Shown here piece by piece: positions 1-14,480 of a DNA stretch of 64,000 nucleotides (its first letter is position 1; every line of letters begins with the position of its first letter). Origin of the DNA: Eledone cirrhosa (taxonomy: Eukaryota); the NCBI GenBank assembly GCA_964016885.1, contig OZ024742.1:2418001-2482000 (forward strand), given 5' to 3'. Position numbers and translations under genes: made by a program. The notes under the pieces are model-generated. The model had not been told where the DNA came from, made no database searches, and saw nothing but the letters and a program-made list of their open reading frames with translations.

Positions 1-1500
1 CAGACACCTCAACTGTCGTCTTAGTGAGGACATATGCCAGACACCTCAACTGTCGTCTTAGTGAGGACATATGCCAGACACTTCAACTGTCGTCTTAGTG
101 AGGACATATGCCAGGCATCTCAACTGTCGTCTTAGTGAGGACAAATGGCAGACACCTCAACTGTCGTCTTAGTGAGGACATATGCCAGACACCTCAACTG
201 TCGTCTTAGTGAGGACATATGCCAGACACCTCAACTGTCGTCTTAGTGAGGACATATGCCAGACATCTCAACTGTCGTCTTAGTGAGGACATATGCCAGA
301 CACCTCAACTGTCGTCTTAGTGAGGACATATGCCAGACACCTCAACTGTCGTCTTACTGAGGACATATGCCAGACACCTCACCTGTCGTCTTAGTGAGGA
401 CATATGCCAGACACCTCAACTGTCGTCTGAGTGGGGACATATGCCAGACACCTCAACAGTCCTCTTACTGAGGACATATGCCAGACACCTCAACTGTCGT
501 CTTACTGAGGACATATGCCAGACACCTCACCTGTCGTCTTAGTGAGGACATATGCCAGACACCTCACCTGTCGTCTTAGTGAGGACATATGTCAGACACC
601 TTAACTGTCGTCTGAGTGGGGACATATGCCAGACACCTCAACTGTCGTCTTAGTGAGGACATATGCCAGGCATCTCAACTGTCGTCTTAGTGAGGACAAA
701 TGGCAGACACCTCAACTGTCGTCTTAGTGAGGACATATGCCAGACATCTCAACTCTCATCTTAGTGAGGACATATGCCAGGCATCTCAACTGTCGTCTTA
801 GTGAGGACATATGCCAGACACCTCAACTGTCGTCTTAGTGAGGACATATGCCAGACACCTCAACTGTCGTCTTAGTGAGGACATATGCCAGACACCTCAA
901 CTGTCGTCTTAGTGAGGACATATGCCAGACACCTCACCTGTCGTCTTAGTGAGGACATATGTCAGACACCTTAACTGTCGTCTGAGTGGGGACATATGCC
1001 AGACACCTCAACTGTCGTCTTAGTGAGGACATATGCCAGGCATCTCAACTGTCGTCTTAGTGAGGACAAATGGCAGACACCTCAACTGTCATCTTAGTGA
1101 GGACATATGCCAGACACCTCAACTGTCGTCTTAGTGAGGACATATGCCAGACATCTCAACTGTCGTCTTAGTGAGGACATATGCCAGACATCTCAACTGT
1201 CGTCTTAGTGAGGACATATGCCAGACATCTCAACTGTCGTCTTAGTGAGGACATATGCCAGACATCTCAACTGTCGTCTTAGTGAGGACATATGCCAGAC
1301 ACCTCAACTGTCGTCTTAGTGAGGACATATGCCAGACATCTCAACTGTCGTCTTAGTGAGGACATATGCCAGACACCTCAACTGTCGTCTTAGTGAGGAC
1401 ATATGCCAGGCACCTCAACTGTCGTCTTAGTGAGGACATATGCCAGACACCTCAACTGTCGTCTTAGTGAGGACATATGCCAGACCTCTCAACTGTCGTC
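1..1500. repeat. 37-bp tandem minisatellite (CAGACACCTCAACTGTCGTCTTAGTGAGGACATATGC)n, about 40 copies, runs off the left edge
   Basis: Unit recurs at positions 1, 38, 75 and onward with few substitutions and no spacers. Confidence 0.95.
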
Positions 1501-1884
1501 TCTAGATTTCTCTACCTCATTAGATTCTGACCAGGATGATGATGATGTGAGATATACAGGTGTAGGTGTGGTGTTGTTAGTGGTGATGATGGGTGATATA
1601 CAGGAGTATTTGTGATGTTGATGCTGAAGTTGATGATGATGATGGAAGATATACATGTGTAGTTGTGATGATGTTCTTCCTTTGCATCTTTTAGTGTGTC
1701 ATCCTGCATCCCAGCACAGTGTGGTTTATTTATGTGTGTATATGTGTGTAAGTGTGTGTGTGCGTGTATATGTGTGTAAGTGTGTGTGTGCGTGTATATG
1801 TGTAGGTGTGTGGGAAATATAAGATTTTGGAGATATTTTGGATGTCTAGGTGTTTAACCGTGATTCTATCTCGACACCAGGGTT

Positions 1885-2115
1885 TCATTAAGGGCTAATT
1901 AGGCCGGTGCTTATCCCGGTTTCCATGGACAGGACGCCAGTTAACCTCCAGTGACTACTGGTACTCATTTTCAGCTGAGTATACTGGAGCCATGTGAAAT
2001 GAAGTGAAATGAAGTGTTTTGCTTAAGAACACAACTCAGAACCCAGCCCAGGAATCGAACCCGCAATATTATGATCTTAAGTTGAACACACCTAACATTA
2101 GGCTATATGCCTCAA
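1885..2115 (-). mobile_element. tRNA-derived SINE (CORE-like), degenerate
   Basis: Reverse box-B-like GGAATCGAACC plus the GAAATGAAGTGTTTTGCTTAAGAACACAAC segment; related copies at ~4860-5020, 8195-8422, 10230-10340, 10575-10710. Confidence 0.65.
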
Positions 2116-2282
2116 CTTAGACATGATTGTATATGTGCAATATCGTTGAATTGAAAGGTTGACGTCTGCTGTATCAACAAAATATGTCCTTCGTTTCATT
2201 ATTTATCTTGTAGTTGTCATTTCTATCCATCCCTGTTGTCATGTGAAGTCTAGTGTCTTGTGTTCTCGTTGTGTTCGGTTTT

Positions 2283-2436
2283 GGCGGCGAATTGTCAGAG
2301 TCTTTAGAAGGTCGGATAGAATGCTTTGTGGTATTCGTTTTGGCTCCCTGCTCTCTGTGTTGAAATCCCGCTGAGGTCAACTTTGTCTTTCATCCATTCC
2401 AGGTCGATAATAAAGTACCAGTCTAATACTGGGGTC
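2283..2436 (+). mobile_element. tRNA-derived SINE with Nin/Deu-like central domain
   Basis: GTTGAAATCC box-B-like motif followed by CTTTCATCCATTCCAGGTCGATAATAAAGTACCAGT; same family as 33426-33805. Confidence 0.65.
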
Positions 2437-3186
2437 CAGTCTTCTTCTACATCTCTTTCTCAATTCTATTTTTTCACACTCTATTCTTCTCTGGAAGAAA
2501 TCTCTTATATTCAGACCTGGAGAGGAGACGGGCTCGACCAGGTTTTAAATGCCTTAAAAATGCCGAACATCAATACGACGATCCCCTCGGGAAGTAAAGA
2601 TCGAAAAGAAAAGTGTTCGATTTGAGGGAAATATTGTCGCTATGTCAAGAAGGTCATATTAATGGCCATGTAGAAGCTCTCATGGATGTTTACGAAGGAG
2701 TTCAGGTGTAGTGTGTGACTAGAGGGAAATTTCGACCCTATTTCTAGCAGGTTCTGCAAAGCACATGGACGCTCCTTGATTCATTCATAAAATACTTCAG
2801 CAACAGTAGTGTGTGATTTCAGAGAAATGTCATCATTGTTGCTTCTAGCAGATAGTGTGACAATGTAGAGGATTCTCTCGTTGGTTCGTAAAACATTTCA
2901 TTGCACTCACACACTCTCTCTCTCATACACACTCACGCACCCTCTCTCTCTCTCTCAAACACACCCCTCTCTGTAATGATCTGAATCAATGTTATGAGTT
3001 GTAAAGTGGATTATATGGGTTGGTGATGTCATGAAACCACTTTTCCAGGATTCAAAGTGTCAATAGTTAGGGGGGGGGGGGGCTCTGTGTTTGCTTCATA
3101 ATATTAGGGACATAAGATTGTGAGGATTTTCACCAGTTTTCAGATCCTAAAGATTTGACAGTGTTAATATGAATAACCTCCCACAC

Positions 3187-3282
<96 letters not shown>

Positions 3283-3769
3283 TTATATACATCTACACAC
3301 ATATATATAAAGAGAGAGAGAGAGAGAGGGATGGAATCAGAAGTAGAAGATGTTAGTATATACATACATATGTTTCCTATAAAACTGGTCATAAACAATG
3401 TCTTTGACACATGTTTATATCGACATATGTGTATGTAGCTATAATGTATAACACGCACACACTATAAATATATATATATATATATATAATACGTCCACAA
3501 ACACACATACACACGCGCACACACATATATAGCTATAAATATATACCTCATTTCTCTTTATAATATAAGTCTAGCTGTGAAAAGTGGTTGCTTTCATATG
3601 TTTCTCCAGTAATTAGTCATTCTCTACAATACATGCTCCCTTATCATTTGGCTTACGAAAAGAACTTATAGCAATCGCTGTTTATGTGATAAACAAACCA
3701 GAATTTAATCGAATTGGTGAGACTAATTTGCATGACGTGCATTCGTTTGGCAACGAAATTAATTAAAAA

Positions 3770-3806
3770 ATGGTTTCTGGTTTAGACACAAGGCCAACAA
3801 TTTTAG
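3770..3806 (+). CDS. Candidate exon 1 of the LC3-family gene (MVSGLDTRPTIL + G), tentative
   Basis: ATG in AAAAATGG context, 37 nt (phase 1, as exon 2 requires), strong donor AG|GTAAGA. Lacks the FKxRxxF motif and resembles a dispersed repeat also seen near 40835. Confidence 0.25.
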
Positions 3807-3894
3807 GTAAGATGATTGACTAATAAATATTTATGAGTTGTAGAGTTGTAGACTATATAATAGTGTAACAACTGATGTATGTATATAACACTAA

Positions 3895-4350
3895 ATAACA
3901 ACAGTACATGTAGCCATGACAACAGTACATGTAGCTATGGCAATAGTACATGTAGCTATGACAACAGTACATGTAGCTATGGCAATAGTACATGAAGCTA
4001 TGGCAACAGTACATGTAACTGTGACAGCAGTACATGTAGCTATGGCAATAATATATGTAACTGTGACAGCAGTACATGTAGCTATGGCAACAGTACATCT
4101 AGCTATGACAATAGTACATGTAGCTATGACAACACTACGTGTAGCTATGACAACACAACATAACAACACTACATGTTGCTACGACAGCACTACATAACAA
4201 CACTACATGTAGCTATGAAAACGCTACATAACAACACTACATGTATATATATATATGACAACGATACCTAACAGTACATGTAGTTATGACAACAGTACAT
4301 GTAACTATGACAACATTATCTAACAACTTTAATTGTAACTATGACAACTA
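3895..4350. repeat. 21-bp degenerate tandem repeat (ATGACAACAGTACATGTAGCT)n
   Basis: 7-aa periodicity in overlapping spurious ORFs; unit visible directly. Confidence 0.9.
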
Positions 4351-4396
4351 GATAAAGAGTTTAAAAGTCATATGTAAAAAGTTTAAATGCTTACAC

Positions 4397-4498
<102 letters not shown>

Positions 4499-5316
4499 GT
4501 GTGTGAGTGTAAATACATGTATGTATGTGTCCACGTATCTGTGTGTACATTTAACCTTTAGTTTATATCTTCCGTAACATAGCGGTTCAACAAATAGAGG
4601 TCGATAAAATAAGTACCAGACTTGAAAAATAAATTACTGGAGTCGATATGATTGTCTTGTCTACATCAGTAAAAGCTGATGCCCCAGCATGGTCACAGAC
4701 TAATCACTGAGATAAGTAAAAGATTATATGATGTAATGTAAGTAGTTATTGGTAGTATGATGACACGTGGTTTAGTGGTTAGAGTATGAAGCTGAGCCTT
4801 CCACAGACACATATACCCTTAATATAGTTCTAGAAGAGATTTAACCTGACATAGAGTCTGAAAAAGTTGATGATTTGAATCTTAAGTAGAGTTCATTGTT
4901 TGCAGCTGAGTGGACTGGAGGGACAATAAATTGTCTTGCCCAAGGACACAGTGCAGCGCCCTGTCCGGGAATCCGAACTCACAACCTTATGATCATTAAC
5001 TGGAATCCCTAAGCACTATGCTACTCCCCTTTAGGTAAAGTAATTAAAATTAATTAGATACAGTGGGCAGTTTTCACTGCTGTCTTGTTTACACAACTTC
5101 AGTGTGAACAGAAAAAGTCGTCTCAGCTGGAATATACTTTCAAATTTTATTACATTGTTTTCTGTCCACTCTGGAGTTTAAACACAAAACCTCTCAGACT
5201 ATCCAGTCATCTAATTAATTTTACTTGTTTAAACATGTAGTAACGCTGGTTAAAATCTATGTATAGATTTCTTTCACAGCACACAATATTCTCTCTATAT
5301 ATGTATATACAAAAAC

Positions 5317-5388
<72 letters not shown>

Positions 5389-5544
5389 GTATATAGATTT
5401 TGAGTATATGTTGGTTGTATACCAACACCTCAATATGCAGGCTGGAGCACTCGACGAAGTGCGCAGGCTGGTTTGGTTAATCCGGAGTAATGTAAAATAA
5501 AGTTAAATAAAAAGTCAAATGTTTAAAATTCAGCTTCGTTTATT

Positions 5545-5597
5545 ACTGCTATATATTTCAGTGACAGCCATCTTTGGCTGTGACCTCTTCAGGCAGT
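5545..5597 (-). ncRNA. Type I hammerhead ribozyme motif, family A
   Basis: Reverse strand reads ACTGC-CTGAAGA-GGTCACAGCCA AAGA TGGCTGTCACT-GAAA-TATA-TA-GCAGT. Confidence 0.7.
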
Positions 5598-6035
5598 CCG
5601 AATTAGTGTGGTATAGACAAGTACATATGTTGTTGAGGTATATAATATTGTCAATAGCAAACACAAACACTACAGGGAGCCTCACCCCAGAAAGAATTCT
5701 ATAGACTTCTGACTGAGGAATGCTCTCAGAACTGACCAATGGGAAGTTTGACACTTTTTTTGTTATTTTGTTCCTTTAATACCTTGTCCCTTCCACCACT
5801 TTATCAATTTTTTAAGCTAACTCCAACAATAACAACACTTAGAATGAGGAATGTTCTAACAACTGACCAAATAGAGGAGAAGAGGCCCTTTGACACTGAA
5901 ATTCGTTTGTTTGAATTCATATGATTCCAGTTCCTCAGTGAAATAACAACCCAACCAGGAACTGGGCATATCAGAGTATTGACAAAATTATACACCTCAA
6001 CAACATATGTACTTGTCTATACCACACTAATTCGG

Positions 6036-6090
6036 ACTGCCTGAAGAGGTCACAGCCAAAGATGGCTGTCACTGAAATATATATAGCAGT
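6036..6090 (+). ncRNA. Type I hammerhead ribozyme motif, family A
   Basis: ACTGC-CTGAAGA-stem II-GAAA-TATATA-TA-GCAGT; stems I and II pair, stem III is palindromic. Confidence 0.8.
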
Positions 6091-6143
6091 AATAAACGAA
6101 GCTAAATTTTAAACATTTGACTTTTTATTTAACTTTATTTTAC

Positions 6144-6174
<31 letters not shown>

Positions 6175-6246
6175 ATTGGTGTTGGATGCTTAAAGCGTCC
6201 GTATGCGGTAGGCCGTTTGAGTACTCGATGCTCTCATAGAGCAGAG

Positions 6247-6345
<99 letters not shown>

Positions 6346-7106
6346 ATACCTCATTTTTGTATTTGTTTTGCAAGATATTTTATCTGAAAATGTGTGTTGA
6401 AACAGATATTGTTATATTAGGAGGATTATGGTGTTAACAACAACAAACACATCTGTTGTGTTTCACTTCAACGTATTATAATTTCCCGATCAGTTAGTTC
6501 GATAACCGAGGTTGTTTATTTATTGATTGTAAAAACTCTTTCATCACACATTCTGTAAAACAGAAGAAAGCAGAGACACAAAATAACGACAAAAGTAGTG
6601 ACTGGAGATGGGGGAGGGGGGTCTAACATTGTCAGGTACTTCATGCCAGAGAAAGCAGGATAACCACAGCCTTATGAAGTTCTGGGCTTGAGACAGACTT
6701 CAGACCGTGTTTGTTTTAGAATCAAAAATTATAGAAGAAACAAGAAAGCAAGAACCGATCTAGATTGTTGAAGGATTCGAAACCTTAACAACATCGTGAA
6801 TATTTATTTTTAGAAACGTCATTTGTTTTTATCAGTTAATGACTTAATAGTCTGATTGAATCATTGATTAATCTACACTTAATTATCGAAAGAAAGTTTT
6901 AATGAAGGTCAACATTTCTGATATAATCAGCTCACACTCGATAAGAGACGGAGTCTAAGGTACCAAATTAGGATTGTAATAATTATTTTACCTTTATTGT
7001 TATTATTTTTACTATAGCGATTGTAAAATAACTGTTTCAAGGACACCTCTTCCTTCAATATTTTACCTCTCACCTTTTATGGGGTTTCTTTCTTTTCTAT
7101 ATTTGG

Positions 7107-7208
<102 letters not shown>

Positions 7209-7816
7209 AGTATTTCCATAGAAAAGGTAAAGGGAGGAAGAGTGCTCTATGTAAAGTACAGAGCTATTTAATTACGTAATAAACAACACAATATAATTAT
7301 TCCATGGAATAATTATATTAAATGAAAGAGAGTGGGATAAGAGAGGCGGTGTCTCGGTAGATATAGAGAGGGGTAGAGTTTGGTTTAGTAAAAACAGAGA
7401 GGGCGATTAAAAGAGAGTTTTGTTTGATAGACATAGAGAGGGGAGAGTTTGGTGGCACTCTCGGGTCCCAAATAATTGGAGGAGTAGCAATAATGGGGGT
7501 GGGGACTTAGGAAATCAGTAATTGTTTAGGGTACTTTTGTAAATATGGGATTTCTTGTAATGTACTTCTTTTGTCATTTATAAGGTTTTTTATGTAAAAT
7601 AAATTTATTAGATTCTCCAACTGCTGTATCAATATGAATCACTTACAATAAAATTATAGATCATATATATATATATATACATCAAATGAAATACTCAACT
7701 CTAGAGACAATCGCCACCTATATCCACTTTTGTACTCCACATTATCGTATGTTGACATCATATAATACCAGGCTAGGGACATCACGTCTATAACGTTTAA
7801 TATTTTCGATTTCCAG

Positions 7817-7872
7817 AACAAAGAGTCCATGAATCGAAAAGTATAAAATCAAGATACATTGACAAGATCCCA
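7817..7872 (+). CDS. MAP1LC3C: ATG8/LC3-family protein, coding exon 2: (E)QRVHESKSIKSRYIDKIP
   Basis: TTTCCAG acceptor, GTGAGT donor, 56 nt as in LC3 genes; peptide matches LC3 helix 2 / 'PDKIP' region. Confidence 0.9.
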
Positions 7873-8194
7873 GTGAGTAGAAACATTTGAAATACTCTTT
7901 ATCTCATTACTCCTTTATTTTGGAATCCCGTTTTTATTGCTCTATCATAGTGAAACTCCTTTTTTTTCACTAACAAATAATCTATTTTATGTTGTTATTG
8001 TTGATGTTTGACGAAAGATAAACTCTAAATAATCAAATCTATACTTCAAAACATTCCAGCCATGACTCTCCTGTTTATGTATATTTAGGACCACATTTTC
8101 GAAGGTTTCCTTCCTCTAACACATCACTTCCCAGTATTTTCCCTACCAAAGATCTAAATAAGTCTAAAGTCTGTCTCGAACCCGGAAGCTCATC

Positions 8195-8422
8195 AAGCTG
8201 GTGTTTATCCTGGTTTCCGTGGCGTTAAGCAACTGACTGTACAAGACTTACCCCTGGACAGGTCGCCAGTCCATCACAGGGTTAAACCCCCAGCTATTGC
8301 TGATATTCATTTTCAGCGGAGTATGCTGCAACAACGTGAAATGTTTTCAAGAACACAACACACAACCTAGTCTAGGAATCGAACCCACGACTTTAAGAAT
8401 TTAAATCTGACACCCTAACCAC
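8195..8422 (-). mobile_element. tRNA-derived SINE (CORE-like) in LC3 intron
   Basis: Same blocks as 1885-2115, including CTGGACAGGTCGCCAGTCCATCACAGG and GGAATCGAACCC. Confidence 0.65.
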
Positions 8423-9206
8423 AAGGATCTCTTATATTTAAATAAATTTTCTCACAGTCCCCAGCTACAATCACTCCCTCCCCTTGCTCCAGATTGTTAT
8501 ACAGGGATAATAATAAAAAAGAAAGCGAGAGAAATATTTAAAGTTACTGTGTGTGATGCTTTGTTTGAATTGTATTAAGTTACCGTTTGTTTCGGGTGAA
8601 GACTTAAGGGAAAAAAATGAAAAGGATTTCATTTCTGTTGTGAAGAAATGGGCGAAGAATTTTCTAGAAGAGATTTATGAAAAAAATCTCAAGTTTTTAA
8701 TTCGAAACAACAGTGTTGACGTTTATTTACCTAAAACATTGTTATATATCCCCTAACGTAGGTTGGGTTTTTAGAGTACATATAATGTTTATAACAAAAT
8801 ACTTGAAATTGTGACTTTAGCTGAAGGACCACCACTACAACGTTTGTGTGTTCCAGGGTGGTAACCGCTGATCTAATACAAGAATGTATGACTTGGCTGT
8901 TATTTATAGCAAGTCAAACGATCATAGATGTTTTCTCGTTGGCTTAGCTTCTACAAGTTGAAATATAGTATAGGAGATAGTAGTTGAGTAGTTAGTATAA
9001 AGGGTGTGTCTAATTGATATTGCAGTTATAGGTGCAGCTGAGTGTTAGTGCAGTCAACATTGCTGCAGTAGGTCCCTGCAGATCTAATTAGACTAACGAC
9101 GGTACTGTTGTTGATCTTGTTTCTTTTCAGCAAATGAAGGGCAAAAGGTACTTTACTTTTGACAAGACTTCTGGGAGGTTATATACACACACACACACAC
9201 ACATAC

Positions 9207-9342
<136 letters not shown>

Positions 9343-9431
9343 CTGTGGTGTTGGGCGGGGTAGGTGTGTGTGTGTGGGGGGGGGGGGGGAATCAGGGGAG
9401 TAGTCTCTTATGGGAAGAAGCAGAGTGTGTA

Positions 9432-9572
9432 TAGAGTAAGGTAAACACCCGACCGCGACGCCAAGCGGTTTCGATTTGTATTATGCAAAACCTTTCAATG
9501 GAGTACACTTCAAAAGGCTTCCTGAATACAACCCGGAACCGCTTGACGTCGCGGGCGGGTTTTTAACTCCTA
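9432..9572. mobile_element. Small GC-rich MITE-like hairpin in LC3 intron
   Basis: Imperfect ~45-bp inverted repeats AAACACCCGACCGCGACGCCAAGCGGTTTCG / CGGAACCGCTTGACGTCGCGGGCGGGTTTTT. Confidence 0.6.
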
Positions 9573-9687
9573 TCTCTTTCTCTCTCTATTCTCTTTCCCC
9601 CTCTCTCTCTCTATATATATATATATAAGAATTAAACATGCATGTCTACTTATCTAAATCTCTCTCTATGTACATACATATTCACAC

Positions 9688-9810
<123 letters not shown>

Positions 9811-9919
9811 TATTGTCCCGTAGTGGTTGTAATGTCGCTGTTTTTATTGTTTTTGTAAAACAACAATAATATTGTTATACTATATAGAAATAAAACGAGC
9901 TCATTGTTATCCGTCACAG

Positions 9920-10026
9920 GTAATCATTGAACGAGGTCCAAGAGAAAAAAATTTGCCTTTCTTGGACAAGACGAAATTCCTTATACCAATGGACCTCACA
10001 ATGTCACAACTGATGGGCGTGATTAG
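9920..10026 (+). CDS. MAP1LC3C: ATG8/LC3-family protein, coding exon 3: VIIERGPREKNLPFLDKTKFLIPMDLTMSQLMGVI(R)
   Basis: CACAG acceptor, AG|GTAAG donor, 107 nt as in LC3 genes; LDKTKFL motif is typical of the LC3 subfamily. Confidence 0.93.
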
Positions 10027-10767
10027 GTAAGAGTATATTTAGGTCTTCTTTGGTCATCACTGACCATATGTTTGTATGAATGTTACTCTCCAAGGTGCAA
10101 GCTTGGAGAAGGAGTATTTTGAAGACCAGTCATTTATTCGTGTTAGTCTTCACTGTCACCGATGTTGTCCAGGGGAAATCCATGGAATGATACAGTTTGC
10201 CAATACTGATGTCACTGGATGGAATGATGTAACGGGGAATGAAGTGTCTTGATCAAGGACACAAAGCGCCGCCTGGGCTGAGAAACGAATTCACAACTTT
10301 AAAATCACGAGTTGATAAAATGTGTCTTTACATCGGCTGCCATATTAAGCAAAGCACGTGATAAACACCATCTTTTCAAACTCCAGCATCTAGCCCCTAA
10401 CAGACTTTGTTCATTGCTCAGTTCAACACCACTATCTAGTTACCCTTGGCTGTTTTTAGCCGAGACAACTCTGTTGGAAGTATATGAAGCAAGTCTTTGA
10501 TCTGAAAATAATTCGATTATGCTATATCGGTGCCATGGTCAATGAGGTCGATATTACGAGGCGTGGTTATCACTGGTTGGCAGGCACATGATTTTATGGT
10601 TAGGGTGTTCGGTTTCCAATCCTGCAGACGAGGATTTGATTTCAAACTCTGCGTTCTCTCCTTGAGCAAAATTTCTTATTTTACATTGCTCCTGTCCACT
10701 CAGCTGGAAAAAAATGACCTTTATATAAGTAAGTAAAATGACTGCGAGGATACATGTATGTTTGTGA

Positions 10768-10842
<75 letters not shown>

Positions 10843-10939
10843 TGTATATATATATATGAGTGTATATATATATGTGAGTGTATATATATATATGTGAGTG
10901 TATATATATATGTGAGTGTATATATATATGTGAGTGTAT

Positions 10940-10971
<32 letters not shown>

Positions 10972-11084
10972 GTGTGTGTATGTGTGTGTGTGTACATATG
11001 TGTGTGTGTTTACAGTAATGCAATCATATTGACATGACAAGACAATATACTATGCTATAAAACACATTCCTTATTTATTTTCAG

Positions 11085-11322
11085 GCAAAGATTAAAGCTG
11101 AAAGACACACAGACTTTATATTTGGTGGTGAACGGCAAAACATTAGTAACAATGACCTGTACAGTGGCTGAACTTTATCAGATCGAAAAAGACAAAGATG
11201 GTTTCTTGTATTTCCATTTCGCATCACAAGATGTATTTGGAGGTGTTCAGAGTCGAATCAGTCACTGCTCTTTACAAAATCTTCCGTATAAAGCGATGGA
11301 CATTAAACATATAGATTCGTGA
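11085..11322 (+). CDS. MAP1LC3C: ATG8/LC3-family protein, last coding exon: QRLKLKDTQTLYLVVNGKTLVTMTCTVAELYQIEKDKDGFLYFHFASQDVFG + 26-aa tail
   Basis: TTTTCAG acceptor in phase with exon 3; KDxDGFLY...ASQxxFG C-terminal signature; TGA at 11320-11322. Confidence 0.93.
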
Positions 11323-11999
11323 CCAATATGTGGGGTTGGTTTTTAAAAAAAGAAATGCCAGCAAATAAACCAAAACAAACATTTAAAGTGATCTTACTGA
11401 AGAGATTTCAACGTAAGCTCACTTGGTGTCTGAACACGTGATACGAGATAAAATATGAATATTTTCAATGTTAAAATTATATTTTCTCAGCCATTACGAA
11501 GAAAAAAGGGTTAGCGATTGATGTCACACAACGAATGAAAAAGACATTGTCGAGAAGATTAAAAGACTAAAAATAAAAAAAAAACAAAAAAAAATAAAAG
11601 ATCCCTCCACAAAAAAAAAAAAAACATACCAAAAACGAGATACAACAAAATACCGACAATATAGTGTTTTAAGTAACAGTAATATACTGGATTCGACATT
11701 AATCGTCTATACCCTTTCCTCAATTATTTGTGGTTTTGTCCTAATATTTCAAGTGGTTGTTGTGTGTTCTGTGATAAAATGGTAGTATTTATATAAGAAT
11801 GATTCCCCTGTATATTGTAAAAGACACAAGTAGGATTCCTACTGATATTCGTTCTAGGTTATTATTTACTATGTAAAATATTGTGTCACTACGTACTTAC
11901 ATGTGTATATGTGTATATGGTGTGTGTGGTATATGTGCTGTATATACGTTCGAAAAAATGTACATAATAAAGTGAACTTATGTATATACACACATACAG

Positions 12000-12030
<31 letters not shown>

Positions 12031-12044
12031 CATATATATATATA

Positions 12045-12091
<47 letters not shown>

Positions 12092-12472
12092 ATATATATG
12101 TACATGTATGTATATGTATGTATATATGTATGTATGTATGTATGTACGTATGTATGTATATGTATGTATATGTATGTATACACACATAATTAAACGATGA
12201 ATTTATAGATGTGTATATACAATATAGAGGTACTCAATATCTTGTATATTCGATTCGTTTGCAATTATACAAACAGTCAGTAGAACTGCAGTTCTGTTTA
12301 CATGCCAACACAAGAGCAAGATTGAGGGACTCATTCTACTGGCATGGCTTAAAAGAGGCTGTTTGTATAATTGCAAACGAATCGGATATCATTATTAATA
12401 TTCGAAAAACTCATTACTTTTATTGTATTCAGCTATGTAGAGCGATAATTTTTGTTATATATACATATATAT

Positions 12473-12537
<65 letters not shown>

Positions 12538-12640
12538 GCGATGAAATACCTATGATGGTTGGCAAATCACTGATGAGGGAGTAATTTTATAATATGTAAT
12601 CCAAGTGCAACCATGCAGTATTCTTCTCCCCTTGTTTTTC

Positions 12641-12693
<53 letters not shown>

Positions 12694-13054
12694 CATGTAG
12701 TGTTCGTGTGCTAGGGGAAAAAAATAACATATGTAAAAACCAACAGCATTCAATGGTGTATTACAGAGTTAAATACACTTTAAACGGAAACGCATTACGT
12801 TTCATGTTTACAGTCTGTGTTACTGCAACACACCCACACACGTTGCACATCTTAGTTACATTCAGATGCATTCAGCGTTTTCTTCCCACGTCACAGAAAC
12901 CAAAAGTCCAAATTTGATGAAAGAACTTTGAAGAAATGGAGGAACACAACTGATGGACGATGTTGTTTGTTTTACTGTAATGCAAAATAAAATGTACATA
13001 AAACAGCTCTTAATGTTAAAACCATGTAATATTATCTGCTTTCAGTTAGACTCC

Positions 13055-13263
<209 letters not shown>

Positions 13264-13301
13264 TATATATATATATATATACACACACATATATATATAT
13301 A

Positions 13302-13375
<74 letters not shown>

Positions 13376-13390
13376 TATATATATATATAT

Positions 13391-13471
<81 letters not shown>

Positions 13472-13547
13472 CACACACATATATATATATACACACATAT
13501 ATATATATATACATACATACATACATACATATATATATATACACACA

Positions 13548-13600
<53 letters not shown>

Positions 13601-13641
13601 CTATATATATATATATGCATATGTATATTTATACACACACC

Positions 13642-13715
<74 letters not shown>

Positions 13716-14480
13716 TATAGGCACCTAGTACCCGTTAAAACTGACGGAGTATATTTGTTATACTTTAGTAATTAACTGTTTATTGTTCATATTTTAGCAG
13801 ATTTTTTTGTGGCTGAAAAATACTCTTGTCTCTTTTTTTACTTGCACTTACTTGTATATTTAATGTTATATTTTACTTCTTTAAACATATAATCACAATC
13901 ACTCTCCATTATAATCATTCGCATTCTTCCACATTTCTACTTTTTCTCTCATTCTCTTCCCCTCTCTCCTCCCTCTCCCCCATCTCCTACCTCTTTCCTC
14001 CCCTCTACCCCTTTCTCCCCCCCCCTCTCTCAAACCCCTCTCTCTCTATCCACCTCTGTCAAACAACAGATATCTATTTATCCATCTATTCCACCAATCT
14101 TTATAATACTTTCTTTACGGCTACAATAAAGTATATATCACTCTACACTCGTATTAAATGTTCTTTGTTTTGTTACCATTTCTAAAGACTTCAGTTGCAG
14201 AGGGATATATGGAGCTTGACACATCTTTAGAAATATAGTTTTACAATGTCATTTAAAATAAATGAAACAACAAAAGTGAATATAAAATCATAATTTAAGT
14301 ATATTCAGTAAATAAAAACTTGAGGAACTCTCACAATTTTCAATCTAACCAGTTATAAATGTTCTGATGGTGACAGAAATGTCCTTTATATAATTAGATG
14401 TTAATAAACAACACGGTTTGTGGTCCTTGTCATCATATATGTCTCATATTTGTGTACTGTGTATGTCTGCAGATATAGCC

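Larger units (their letters stand above)
5393..6145. mobile_element. Non-autonomous PLE-type fold-back insertion in (TA)n (hammerhead family A)
   Basis: Inverted arms ~5490-5643 and ~5989-6145, each with a hammerhead; flanked by TA runs; second copy at 41533-41918. Confidence 0.75.

Noticed and set aside
1-1500. 37-bp repeat array resembling CRISPR repeat length
   Set aside because: Units are head-to-tail with no unique spacers, no cas genes, eukaryotic context
9131-9147. Possible 17-nt micro-exon (TTTTCAG...AG|GTAC) between LC3 exons 2 and 3
   Set aside because: Would shift the frame; exons 2 and 3 already join in phase
12540-12640. CTGATGA/CTGACGA core in a family also at 19868-20300 and 38130-38210
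   Set aside because: GAAA lies upstream and I could not build consistent stems II and III in all copies; not called a hammerhead
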